In this document: positions 46,769 to 58,329 of the stretch, piece by piece
Position numbering within the stretch: the first letter of the stretch is position 1
How the letters are laid out: each line of letters starts with the position of its first letter
Assembly (NCBI RefSeq): GCF_009914755.1
Contig: NC_060947.1
Length of the DNA stretch: 64,000 bases
DNA from: the human T2T-CHM13v2.0 reference genome, Homo sapiens
Strand: one strand, 5' to 3'
Position numbers and translations under genes: made by a program
Notes under the pieces: model-generated
The model's database searches: none
What the model was told of the DNA's origin: nothing
The model's input: the letters and a program-made list of their open reading frames with translations, nothing else

Positions 46769-46967
46769 ACTATACTATAATGTAAGTCACCACTTCCTTG
46801 GAAGCTATACTTCCAGCAACCTCAACCATGTGGAATGAAGAGGAAATACATCCAAATGGCCAACCATTATCACAAAACACATCCACTTTATACTCCGTGG
46901 GAGAGAAAAGCCACTGTAAGGCCCTAGCCTAGGCAAACATGTGTTAAATAACATGGCAGATAAGAAG

Positions 46968-47551
46968 TGCTGGGCCTCAGAAAATGGTAACCCAAACGAT
47001 GGCGCTTTGGCATGCTGAGTACTTTGAACTAAAGGAGACTGGAAGGTCTCAGAAGCCACCTCAGAAGCAAAGTCTCTCTCTGACCTTCTCCTACCCTCCT
47101 GTCTCCCGCCCCGGGGGGAATCACAGAAACTAGAACCTCTCTCCCCCAAGGCAACCCATACAATCTAGAAAGGTCACTTCTTCCTTGTAGACCCTCATGC
47201 CAGAGAGTTCCTGCCCTATACCCTGGAGGAAGGAATGCTACACAGAAAAGCCAAGAAGAATCTAAACAGACAGGCCTTACTGGGTACCCTCTGCCTTCAG
47301 TCTATTACCATTAGATCATACCCTTTATCCAATCACATTTCTAAACATTCTTTATAGAATCTAAGCATAAAAATACTCAATTTTCCCTGGGTCTTTGGGT
47401 CTTCATTTCTGAAATTTCCCATGTCATGTAAAACTTTGATTAAATAAATTTGTTAAATGCTTTTCTCTTGTTAACTGTCTTTTGTTATAGGAGTGTCGGC
47501 CATGACCCTTATGATGGGTTAGGAAAGAGATCACATCTTTCTGCTCCTACA
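46968..47551 (+). mobile_element. ERV1 solo LTR (MER39/MER39B-like)
   Basis: TG...CA ends, 4-bp TSD gaag/gaaa; atggcgctttggcatgctgagtactttgaactaaaggag signature; AATAAA at ~47443. Confidence 0.8.
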
Positions 47552-47983
47552 GAAACAACACGGTGACAGCAGCACGGAGAGACAGCTGACACTGGGAAGT
47601 CTCGGCACCACAATCTGGAGCCTTTTATTACAAGGGTAAACAACCCGACTTATTCCCGAGACCCTCAAAGACCTCACTGCATCACAGCCCAGCACAGTTT
47701 AGGAAGTGGAAGTGTTCATTCTCTGACCCCCTCAAAATGGGCCAAATTATAGGCAGAACAAGTTCCATAAGAAGGCTCCAGGTCTGTCGTGTCCACAGCA
47801 CCCAACACAGTGCTTAGTGCACAGAAGGCCCTGAATAAACAAATATCTATTTAAAGAATGAAACCAATATTCACAAGCAAACTCCTTGCCTCTTTTACCA
47901 CTGTTTCCAGAAAAAAGACTCAGGATGTTTAGTTTCAGAAAGCAGTGGAGTGTGAATACATTTCAAAAGCTATCTATCCCAAA

Positions 47984-48686
47984 CTGTGAGACTTGGGCTT
48001 CTTCCTAAGCCAGCACTCAGCAAGGAGAAGGCCACGTTCAGTTTGAACACTAGGATCACGAAGCCCAACGGCAAGAAGCCAGACAAGTTCAAGTTCGGCA
48101 TCTCCCAGGCTCTTCTGGAGCCAAAGATGAACGTGGACCTCAAGGCTCAGCTCAGGGAGCTGAATATCACAGCAGCCAAGGAAACTGAAGTTGGTGGTAG
48201 TCAGAAAGCTATCATAATCTTTGTTCCTGTTTCTCGACTGAAATCTTCCCAGAAAATCCAAGTCTGGCTAGTATGTGAATTGGAGAAAAAGTTCAGTGAG
48301 AAGCATGTTGTCTTTATTGCTCAGAGGAGAATTCTGCCTAAGCCAACTTGAAAAAGCCATACAAAAAATAAGCAAAAGCATCACAGGAGCTGTACTCTGA
48401 TAGCTGCGTACCATGCGATCTTGAGGACTTGGTCTTTCCAAGTGAAATTGTGGGCAAGAGAATCCACTTGAAACTGGATGGCAGCTGCCTCGCAAAAGTT
48501 CATTTGGACAAAGCACAGCAGAACAATGTGGCACACAAGGTTGAAACTTTTCTGGTGTCTTTAAGAAGCTCATAGGTAACGAAGTTAATTTTGAATTCCC
48601 AGAGTTTCACTTGTAAACAAAAATGACTAAATAAGGTATATTCACAGTAAAAACAAACAAATAAACAAATAAAAACAACAAAAAAA
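47984..48686 (+). pseudogene. RPS7P12: Processed pseudogene of ribosomal protein S7 (probably RPS7P12)
   Basis: Intronless RPS7 homology ([20 protein letters not shown]...[11 protein letters not shown]...QRRILPKPT); ATG>ACG at 48034, CGA>TGA at 48349-48351, frameshift downstream, native TAA at 48614-48616, A-rich tail to ~48686. The P-number is from recall. Confidence 0.95.
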
Positions 48687-49844
48687 TGAAACTGAGTTCC
48701 AAAAGGATTGATACCCAAAGGGGCCAAATGTCTACTCTTGGATAAATCTTTGGTATGAGAACTCTAATGCCCTAATGATGTCTGATAAACAGGAAATGAC
48801 TTTATCAAGATGCGGAGCTGTCAGTGCCATGGGTTCTCCCAACTGTCCCTACTCCAAACATCTCTGGCGTCCCTCTTCTCTCCCTTCTGTGCCTGTTCCC
48901 TTCACTTTCTAGTCTCTCACCCCCTCACCTTTTTCCCCCCTTTCTTCCTCTGTCCTCCTCATGCCCTCGGCCTGCCAGTCATCCCCCACTTGGCCCCAAT
49001 CACCCACCAGGCCAAGTCCTGCCTGAGACCCTCAGGCTGGAGAGATTGCTTCCCCCATACCCAGACAAAATGTGTTCAGTAGACAAATGCATTGTCTCCA
49101 GCCTTTACAAAGGAAGCTCACCTAGAGCCAAATACTTTCCTTTTCTCATTTCTTAATTTCTACGGGGGGAGGAGGGTATCATGTGGGTGTGTGTATGAGT
49201 ATCCCAGACGACTGTGCTGTATCCAAAGTACCTTTTATCCCTGTGTGTCCTTGCAGCCTACTTTGGCCTATCTAAAGTTTATAGTATTGCAGCAGAGGAA
49301 CTTGAGCCTATTTCCTGATTTTAATTAAGCCTTTTTGGGTTACAGTGACCCAGAGGCAAATATCTAGTTAGTTCAGGCAGACTCGGAAAAGAGCTTAGGC
49401 TGGAATTGCTGGGTGAACTGAAGGTTTTCCTCAGAAAACACCCACGTTGGCAAGTCACGTGGCTCAAATAGGATGGATAGTTGGTAGGCTGCCCTTTTCT
49501 TCTCTGGCGGCATGGTCAGTAATCTGACTATTGGTCTTCACGGACATTTTGGGGTCCTTCTAGAGGATCTTGTGGTTTGCGGCCAACCCTAGTGAAGTTT
49601 GTTATTTCTGTTCTCTGGTTCTACAGGCAACTGCTCCCAGGTGAGTGGTGCAGCTGGCCCTTGGTCAGGTTGACTCCATAGCAGGGCTATCCTAGGAAAC
49701 CTCATTTGAAGATAAACCTGTCACCACAGGGGTTGAATCAATAGGGAGAGAAAATTCAGAAGTGGGCTTGGGTGAGGAAAAGTAATCTGAAAGAGTCTAG
49801 CTGGCCAGCTGACTTCCAGAAATTCTGCTGGAGCAGAGCAGTGC

Positions 49845-49985
49845 TGGCCAAGTTACTTAATCTCTCTGTGCCTCAGTTTCCACATCTGTAAAATTGGTTA
49901 ACAATAACATCTACCTCACAGTGCTGTGGTGAGGATTAAATAAATGATATATCCAATATGCTTACTCTAGCATCTGGCACATAAT
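49845..49985 (+). mobile_element. MIR
   Basis: ggccaagttacttaatctctctgtgcctcagtttccacatctgtaaaa. Confidence 0.85.
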
Positions 49986-50304
49986 ATGTGTTTTTAAAAG
50001 CATGGGCGGGGGTGGGGGCAGTTACAGAAAATCAAAACTGTGGATTTCTTAAGAGACATGGCAGAGCTGGAATAAACTGTCATGCAAAATCCTTGAGGCC
50101 TGATCCCCCAGATGTGAGGTCCGCGGCTGCTCTCTGCTACTGTGGTCCATCAGTCTGTGTCACTGCATAACAGCGCAGGTGGAAGTGTCCCTGGGCTAGC
50201 AGGCTCACTGAAAATTCAAAGCACATGCACTCAGCACAGTCATGGTAATAATAGTGGTAAGGAATTGGAAACTGTGGTGATGGCTTCCCGATTCCACAAT
50301 CATT

Positions 50305-50474
50305 ACAGTCCAGGTGTGCCTGTGGGGCCATATATGAGAAGAGTCCTGGCCCAGGCCCCTCATACACTCTCCCCAGGCCCTCTCCTCAGGCCTGATGGCT
50401 CATCTCTCTCATTCCTGAAGGTTCTACCAGTGGCTCAGGGGCCATGTTGGCAGGCCTGGGTCTTCTTGACACCC
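50305..50474 (+). repeat. Local direct duplication, copy 1 (~170 bp)
   Basis: Aligns to 51751-51920 with a ~35-bp identical core ctctctcattcctgaaggttctaccagtggctcag. Confidence 0.95.
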
Positions 50475-51491
50475 TTCCCTCTCCTAACCACCTGCTCACC
50501 CTCCAGGCTTACAACAAAAACCAGACACATCACTACCCACCCTTCTCCATTTGGTTTTTAACCTTAAGTGAAAAGCTGCTTGTCTTAAAAAAATTAGAGA
50601 TCCTGTCTTTACCTCTGAGACACTTTGATTTAGAGAAGACAGGGGACGTCAGTGCTTCACACTGAAATGTGAACATTTCAGGCAGTGTGACAAGCCAATG
50701 CAGTACTCTGCCATTGTGGGTCCCTAAAATGACATTGGGCCTTGCTCTACCTTGTCCCAATGCAGAGGGTGAGTTAGATGCAGAGCTGGGTTTTCTAGGA
50801 CACCTGAAGAGACCAATATGAGGTCAGCATATGGCTTCATGGGTCTGTGGGCACACAAGGCCCCTCAGAGCTCCTGCTCTTGTCTCAGGATTGTTCTTAA
50901 AACATTGTGACTGGGAGTCCTAGGGCCGCTTCTAGTAGGAGTTCAATTCCACAGACCATTAAAAAAGTCATTTCTTAGAAATTCAAGTCCATATCAGGAA
51001 TGATAAAAGGATGGCTGTCTCCCAAGGTCTGCAAGCTGTGTAGGATTTAGCTGCAAATAAATAAAATAAATAAAGGAATCCAGTCCCTTTTTGTTAATTG
51101 TGCCAGTGCTTTCATTTTTCAGGCAATTTCAGTTCAGTCCAGATCTGGTTTCTGGAATCACATTTTTCCAATCATCCTTCCCATTTGCAAGGAGGAGTCT
51201 TATGTCCAAGTATGTGATTTGAATTTGCCCAGGTGCTGCCAGTTAGGGAGGGTTTTCATATTCAAAGCTGCACATGCTTTGGAAATGTGACCCCAACGAT
51301 TGCAAGAGGAGGCAATCATCTCTGGAGGGGAGGGGTTGGGGGAGGAAGCTTGTATGGGAATTAGTGGGCTCCATCCTTGGACTTCAGCATTTCTCAGGCA
51401 TCTTGCCTGCTCTGTCTATTCTCAGGCCTTTAACTAGCACCATTAGTGGAGCTTCCATCTGTCAGTGCAGTCCTGTCGCTGGAGCCCTAGA

Positions 51492-51593
51492 CCTGGTTCT
51501 CCAACTGCGTATGGCAGCACTGCCCTAGCTGGAAAGCTTGTTAGACAAATACCCAAATGATTCTTACGATCAGGCAAGTTCAGGAAGCCTAGG
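51492..51593. mobile_element. hAT-Charlie (MER5-group) MITE fragment
   Basis: ggttctccaact...gcttgtta...tgattcttacgatcaggcaagtt. Confidence 0.5.
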
Positions 51594-51750
51594 CAATGTT
51601 TTTTCTACCCAGATGTTCCACCATCTCCCAAAGCACAATATGATTAAAACCATACTCATCCTAAAAGCAATTCATCCTAAAAACTGTACTGAAAGAATGA
51701 GACATAACTGTACTGAAAGAATGAGACAGATCTACACGTGGTTATATGGA

Positions 51751-51920
51751 ACAGTCAGGGTGTGCCTGTGGGGTTCAGATGAGAAGAGTCCTAGCCCAGG
51801 CCCCTCATGCACTTGCTGACTTCACCTCTCCCCAAGCCCAATGGCTCACCTCTCTCATTCCTGAAGGTTCTACCAGTGGCTCAGAGGCCATGTTGGCAGA
51901 CCTAGGCCTTCTTAACACCT
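51751..51920 (+). repeat. Local direct duplication, copy 2 (~170 bp)
   Basis: See copy 1; offset ~1446 bp. Confidence 0.95.
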
Positions 51921-52399
51921 CCAAGAAGGCTCCTGAAGTGAAACAAAAAAGCAGGCTGCTGCCATTACAGTGGAAGCTCGCTTAGCTGACGTCTGTGGGG
52001 CCAACTCTCACAATTAAAGGATGCTCTCCATTTCCTGTGTAAAATGCACTGATTGATACCCACAGTATTCTGGATGCACTTGGTCACCACTCCCTAGTGG
52101 GTCCAAGCACTTCCACTTTTACTGATTTTTAATTAACTAACTACTCTCCCAGTTGAATAGATAAGAGAGTCTACTTGTAGCTAACAAAAAGATGCATAGC
52201 ATGAACCTATCTATTTATTAACAGAATTTACAAACACATACATAGGCTTGTAAAATGCAGATAACATTTCAAGAAATGTGACCAGTGGTTACTTCTGGGA
52301 AGGAGTATTGGGTGTCTGGGGCAGAAAGGTTCCCCCCATACCCTTTTTTACTGTTGTTGTTGTTGTTTTTTACAATGTTCATGCATTATTTTTTCCTGA

Positions 52400-52533
52400 A
52401 TTTTATTTTGAAAAAATTCAAACGTACAAATAGATCAAAGAAGTAGAACAATGAACATACATATAACCACCAAGATTCCACAATTAACATTTCAACATAG
52501 TTGCTGTGTAGTTCTGTTTCTATCAGTCAATCT

Positions 52534-52575
<42 letters not shown>

Positions 52576-52950
52576 TTGAAGGTCACAGGCATCATAACAC
52601 ATTCCCACTAAATTCTTCAGAATGACTCTTTAAAGAATAAGAAGATTCTCCCTCCTAACCACAATATATTATCACAGCTAAGAAAATAAACAATAATTCC
52701 TAATATAATCTAATTTCCAATCCATATTCAAATTGCCCCAATATTCCCCAAATGTCTTTCATAGCTTTGTAAAATCCAGAATCCAAAACCAAGGTTTGTG
52801 TATTGCATCTACTTATGTCCCTTTAGTGTCGTTTAATCTAGAACAGTGCATGCTCCTAATTTTTGTGTGTGACACTGAATTTTTGAAGAGTTCAGGCTAG
52901 TTGTCTTGTAGAATATCTCATATTCTGAATTTGTCTGTTTTCTTATGGTA
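52400..52950 (-). mobile_element. Old L1M (L1MC/ME-like) 3' region containing (CA)n at 52538-52568
   Basis: ttttattttgaaaaaattcaaac..., aaccacaatatattatcaca, tccatattcaaatt.cccca. Confidence 0.7.
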
Positions 52951-53789
52951 TGTGTGTTTTTAAAAAAATAAAAAGATTTAATAGCAATAATAATAAAAGA
53001 AACCAGGCTCTGTTTTATATAAACAGCAACCTTAAAATGAGTATGCTATCCCAATATGCCTAGTAGCAGCATTGCCCAGTCTTCTGGTTCCCATATCAGA
53101 TTCTTTAATCATCCCGCTGTCCTTCTTTCTCCTTATTCAGCCAGTTCCCAAGTCTGTGAATTTGCCCTTTGACATGCCTAATGGCTTAATGCCTTCTCTA
53201 GTCCCACCATGCCCCTACCCTGGATCAGGCCTTCAATACCTCAGCCCTAAAGTATTGCAACTGCCTCCTAATTGACCCCTCTAGTGCCAGAATCGTCCCC
53301 TGAACACCTGCTGCACTGTGAATATAGAAAACACACTGCCTTTTCTACGTCACTCCTATCTGGAAAACCATCAATGGCTATTTCCTATTTCTCATCTTTC
53401 TTCAGTCAGAGCCAGCTTTGAATGTAGCCTTCAACACCAGACAGAGACCCATCTCTACCTAAATCCTAGTGCTGCCATTACTTGCTGAGTGGCCTTAGAG
53501 AAGTCACTAGGCTTATCTGGCCTTCCATTTTCTTATCTGTAAATTGGAAATAACAGTTGTGCCTACCTCTCAAGTTTGACCAGCATTTGCCCACAGAGCT
53601 CCCACCTTTTCTAGGGGTCACTCCAAGCCTCATCCTTTCTTTAAGTCTCAGCTGAAGCCTTGCCTCCTCCAGGAGGACTTCTTATTCACAGCAGCACCCC
53701 CTCTCTGAATTTCCATAGCACTTGTGGTCTATAGGGAAGAATTTAGCAGATACTAGTCTTATTGCCCACTCATATTTACATTTTCCTCT

Positions 53790-54092
53790 TTTTTTCTTTT
53801 CTTTTTTGAGATGCGGTTGTGCTCTGTCCCCCAGGCTGGAGTGCAGTGGAGTGATGATGGCTCACTGCAGCTTCGATCTCCTGGGCTCAAGTGATCCTCC
53901 CATCTCAGCCTCCTGAGTAGCTAGGACCACAGGTGTGCCCCACCAAGCCTGGATATTTTATTTTTAGTTTTTGTAGAGACGGTGTCTCCCTACATTGCTC
54001 AGGCTGGTCTTGAACTCCTGGGCTTAAGTAATCCTCCTGCCTCAGCTTCCCGAAGTGTTGGGATTACAGAAATGAACCACCATGCCCAGCCT
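53790..54092 (-). mobile_element. AluJ
   Basis: J-type arms. Confidence 0.88.
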
Positions 54093-54420
54093 TTTTTTTT
54101 TCTTTTTTAACATTTGTAGACATTTTCATCTTATCTGCTCATTTGGATGGCCAGGGCCCCTTGAGAGCAGGAGTAGATCTACCCATTGTTTCTCCTAGAG
54201 CCTGTTAGAGAGCTAGTGCTATGCTGAGCATCCAGCAGCTCCGAGCTGTCACTTGACCGTGAGAAGATGCTTTGTTCATCTTTAGAGTCCTCCTTTAACT
54301 CTGATTGTCTCTAACTCCAGTGAGACAGGAAGGACCAAGGGTTGCGACCATCATCCAAATAATCATAGTAATTCCACCTATTTATAGAGCACCAATTATG
54401 TATCCAGCACCTTGAACATA

Positions 54421-54572
54421 CGGATGCTCCTTGACTTATGATGGGGCTATGTCCCGATAAAACCATCACAAATCAAAAATATCATAAATCAAAAATGCAT
54501 TCAGTACCCTAATAAGCCCGTCATAATGTCAAAAAATTGCAAGCCAAACCATTGCAAGTTGGGGACTGTCTG
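54421..54572. mobile_element. MER47C-like (Tigger-derived) MITE inserted in a MIR
   Basis: TA|cggatgctccttgacttatgatgggg...accattgcaagttggggactgtctg|TA; TIRs and TA TSD. Confidence 0.8.
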
Positions 54573-55532
54573 TATATTCTATTTGATGCCAATTAAGCAG
54601 ATAAAGAAACAGAAGATCAGAGAGGATAAGCAACTTGCCCAGTGTCACTCAGCTATTAACTGCTGAAGCTGGAACTTGAACCCAAGTTTGTTTAAATACA
54701 GAGCCCATATTTGTTCCCTGCTGCCTCTGTAGTAACAGTGATCAGTATATTGATAGAAAGAAGGACAAGTTATTAGAGCTGCTGGGATTAGAATGCAATT
54801 TATTCTACTACTCTTTTTATAAATGAGAATGTCCACCCTGAGAGTAACATTGTGCTACCAGTGGTGGTGTAGTTTCTGTGAATCTGTTTCCTCTCAGAAT
54901 CAAGGTCCAGAGACATGCCTCTCTGTGGTCATGGGAGAGAATGAGACAAAGCAGCTCACAATGGATTTAGGGTCCCTGTCTCTTTCTCAAAGAGTCTGAA
55001 ACTGATCATCTGGGTTAATAGGAACACACAGCTAAAAGCAATGATAAAGATAAGTAGGAGAGTAAAGGAAGAGAGAATGATGAGATGGCAAGTAAACAGG
55101 GGAAAGAATAGGCAGTTAGACTGGGAAATATGTGTAGGGGAATCCCACATGAATCCCTAAAAAATACCCTGTGCAGTTGGGGAGTGGTGCATGTGTGAGT
55201 GTGTGTGTGTGTGAATGTATGATATTGATTTTAGATCTATGTGTGTGTGTGTTCAATCTTTAGATTTAAATAAAGAACAGACCAAATTCAGAGTCTAACT
55301 GCCTCCTTCTCAGCAGCCACTTCATCACCCCCATGTCACATTTCCCAGCTGGAGGGCAATAATTGCATGGCCAGATCTGGCCCCATCTGGGAAACACCAG
55401 GGTCTTCCTGAATCGTCATACACCATGCTGGCTGCCAAGGCATAAGGTGACCTAAGCGAAGCTTTCACACAGGCCATGTGCACAGTCATAAAATCTCGAG
55501 AGAATGTGGCAACAGAGACAGACTTGACTTAC

Positions 55533-55688
55533 CTGCCAAATTTCCAAAGGGAAGAAGGAACTTGCTGTGTCTGTATTTGCCCCCAGGATTGGAAAAATGT
55601 ATCTCAGTCACTGGAACTGAAGAGGGGTGGCCTTTACCTTCATAGGAGAGTCACTCTTTATACAAATCCTTCTGATGGTCTGATATAT
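55533..55688 (-). other. PLAC1: PLAC1 non-coding 5' UTR exon (first exon of proximal P2 promoter transcript)
   Basis: Reverse complement reads ATATATCAGACCATCAGAAGGATTTGTATAAAGAG...CCCTTTGGAAATTTGGCAG, matching my recollection of the PLAC1 mRNA 5' end; consensus donor CAG|gtaagt at 55532-55527. The 5' boundary is approximate. Confidence 0.88.
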
Positions 55689-56000
55689 GTGTGTGTCTTT
55701 ATATAAATAGAGCTATATACTGACTTTGCCAGATTGCATCAGCTACCTGCTTAACATTTTACTCTGGTGCTTTCGAAACAACACTCTGAAAGTCAGAATA
55801 ATATGTGGCCTCTGCAGCATTTCCCAGTTTGGCATTTTGTTTACAGAGTAAAAGAAAGCTACTCACCCTTGAGATCATCAGTGATTGAATGATACCTACT
55901 GTCATGTGTTAGAAGCCATGTCACCTTGACAGAACTCATTCACAGGAAGAAGGGCGGGGAGGAGGGTTACAACATGGTGGTGGTAATTCTTAGAGAAATC
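55689..56000 (-). promoter_or_regulatory. PLAC1: PLAC1 proximal (P2) promoter
   Basis: TATA-like CTATTTATATAAAG on minus strand at 55698-55711; GC box GGGCGGGG at ~55952-55959 next to a C/EBP-like TTACAACAT; TGTCAnnnTGACA palindrome at 55919-55931. Sp1 and C/EBPbeta are known PLAC1 regulators, but the site assignments here are inferred. Confidence 0.7.
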
Positions 56001-56206
56001 AAGCAGTGAGCTGGCCACTTGTAGTGCTTGCTGTTGCCAAGGCAGTCTTTCGTGTCTTTACTCAGTAAACACATATCAGGCATAGGGAATACAAAAACAA
56101 ATAATATATGTCCCTTCCCACCAGGAATCCAGCCTTTGTCCCCAGTTCTCTCAAGGAGCCCACTGCCAAATGAGAGGTAAGCCTCTTCAGGAAGAATGCT
56201 CAGGGA

Positions 56207-56430
56207 GAATGAGAACACATGGACCCAGGGAGGGGAAAACACACACTGTGGCCTCTTGGGGGGCTGTGGCGGGTGGAAAGCATCAGGAAAAATAGCTGAT
56301 GCATGCTGGACTTAATATGTAGGTGATGGGTTGATCGATGCAGCAAACCACCATGGCACATGTTTACTTACATAACAAACCTGCACATCCTGCACATGTA
56401 CCCCGGAACTTAAAATTTAAAAAAAAAAGA
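56207..56430 (+). mobile_element. L1PA (PA7-10-like) 3' end
   Basis: gagaacacatggac...gcaaaccaccatggcacatg..aacctgcacatcctgcacatgtaccc; degenerate TSD aagaatgctcaggga / aagaatttttaggga. Confidence 0.88.
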
Positions 56431-56919
56431 AAGAATTTTTAGGGATTACTGGTCAGTATGGTTGCCTGAGCTGTTGCAGGAAGCTCCTCCCCTGCTCAAA
56501 ACACATTGTTTTTTCAAAAATTTAAATATGTTGTAGAGAGCAAAAGCAAAAATAAACATATTCTAGTGCCAGAAATGAAGAGGGAGCTCAAAGCCACAGC
56601 AGCAACTACACAGCCCACAGAAGAACCAAAGGTGGTCACATATCCTGGGCGAAGGGTTTGAATGGCAGGGTGGGAACGGGAGTGGAATCTGAGCTCCTAT
56701 GGAAAGTCAGTAGTGGTAAGTGCTGGCCCATAAGTGGGGATGGGGGAAAAAACACAGTTCAGAAGTGTACTGGCCACTTTGAGCTGAGAGTAGGCAGTCA
56801 CATAACCCAAAGTACATAAGACTCCAAGGTAAAACAATTCCTGCCAAATAACAGTAATTACACTAGCCAAGTGCTTAATTATGTGCCAGATGCTGTCCTA
56901 AGTGCTTGGCTTATATTAT

Positions 56920-56998
56920 TTAGGTTGATGCAAAAGTAATTGCGGTTTTTGCCGTTGAAATTAGTGGCAAAAACTGCAATCATTTTCCACCAACCTAA
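56920..56998. mobile_element. MADE1 (Hsmar1-derived MITE) inserted in a MIR
   Basis: ttaggttgatgcaaaagtaattgcggtttttgcc...ggcaaaaactgcaatcattttccaccaacctaa, palindromic, followed by TA. Confidence 0.93.
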
Positions 56999-57199
56999 TA
57001 ACTCATTTGTAGAACAGCCCTGATTTCCAGATACTGAAACTGAAGAACAGAGAGATTAAATAACTTACCTAAGGTCACACAGGTACTAAGTGGCAGAGCC
57101 AGAATTCAAACCCAGGTGGTATATAGCACATGAATCTGTGTTTGTATCTATGACTCAGGATGAATGCATAGCTAGAACTTACTAAGTCCGTGAGGAAAT

Positions 57200-57995
<796 letters not shown>

Positions 57996-58126
57996 TCTAA
58001 CTTCCTGTCTTAGTATCAGCCTCTGGAGCCTGCAGGTCTGTAGCTAGTCCTCATGAGAGGAGTCAGCCTCTTAGCTCTGCCACTGCTGTGATAATAGCTC
58101 AAGAGCACCAAGTTGTTTATATAAAC

Positions 58127-58282
58127 CAATGTTTCTCAATGTTGTTTTAAAAAAATTATCATCCCCTTCATCCCAGGAGCCTTTTTAGACGTCTTTTTTT
58201 TTCTAATTTCTCCCCCCATTAAATTTTAATACCAAAGAGATGCTGTGTATCTGTGTATGTATTGTATGTGTACCTGTGCTTT
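58127..58282. mobile_element. hAT-Charlie MITE fragment (MER112-like)
   Basis: tgtttctcaa...ggagcctttttagac...aaattttaatacca..gat..tgtgtatctg. Confidence 0.6.
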
Positions 58283-58329
58283 GGGCAAGCATCCTATAGG
58301 ATGTCCCCATCACCTGGAAGGAAGGGTGT

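Noticed and set aside
47986-48351. Functional RPS7 CDS
   Set aside because: Start codon lost, premature stop, frameshift, intronless with an A-rich tail.
50305-50474. H/ACA snoRNA call for the duplicated element
   Set aside because: No ANANNA H box in the hinge of either copy, and it would be antisense to the host gene.
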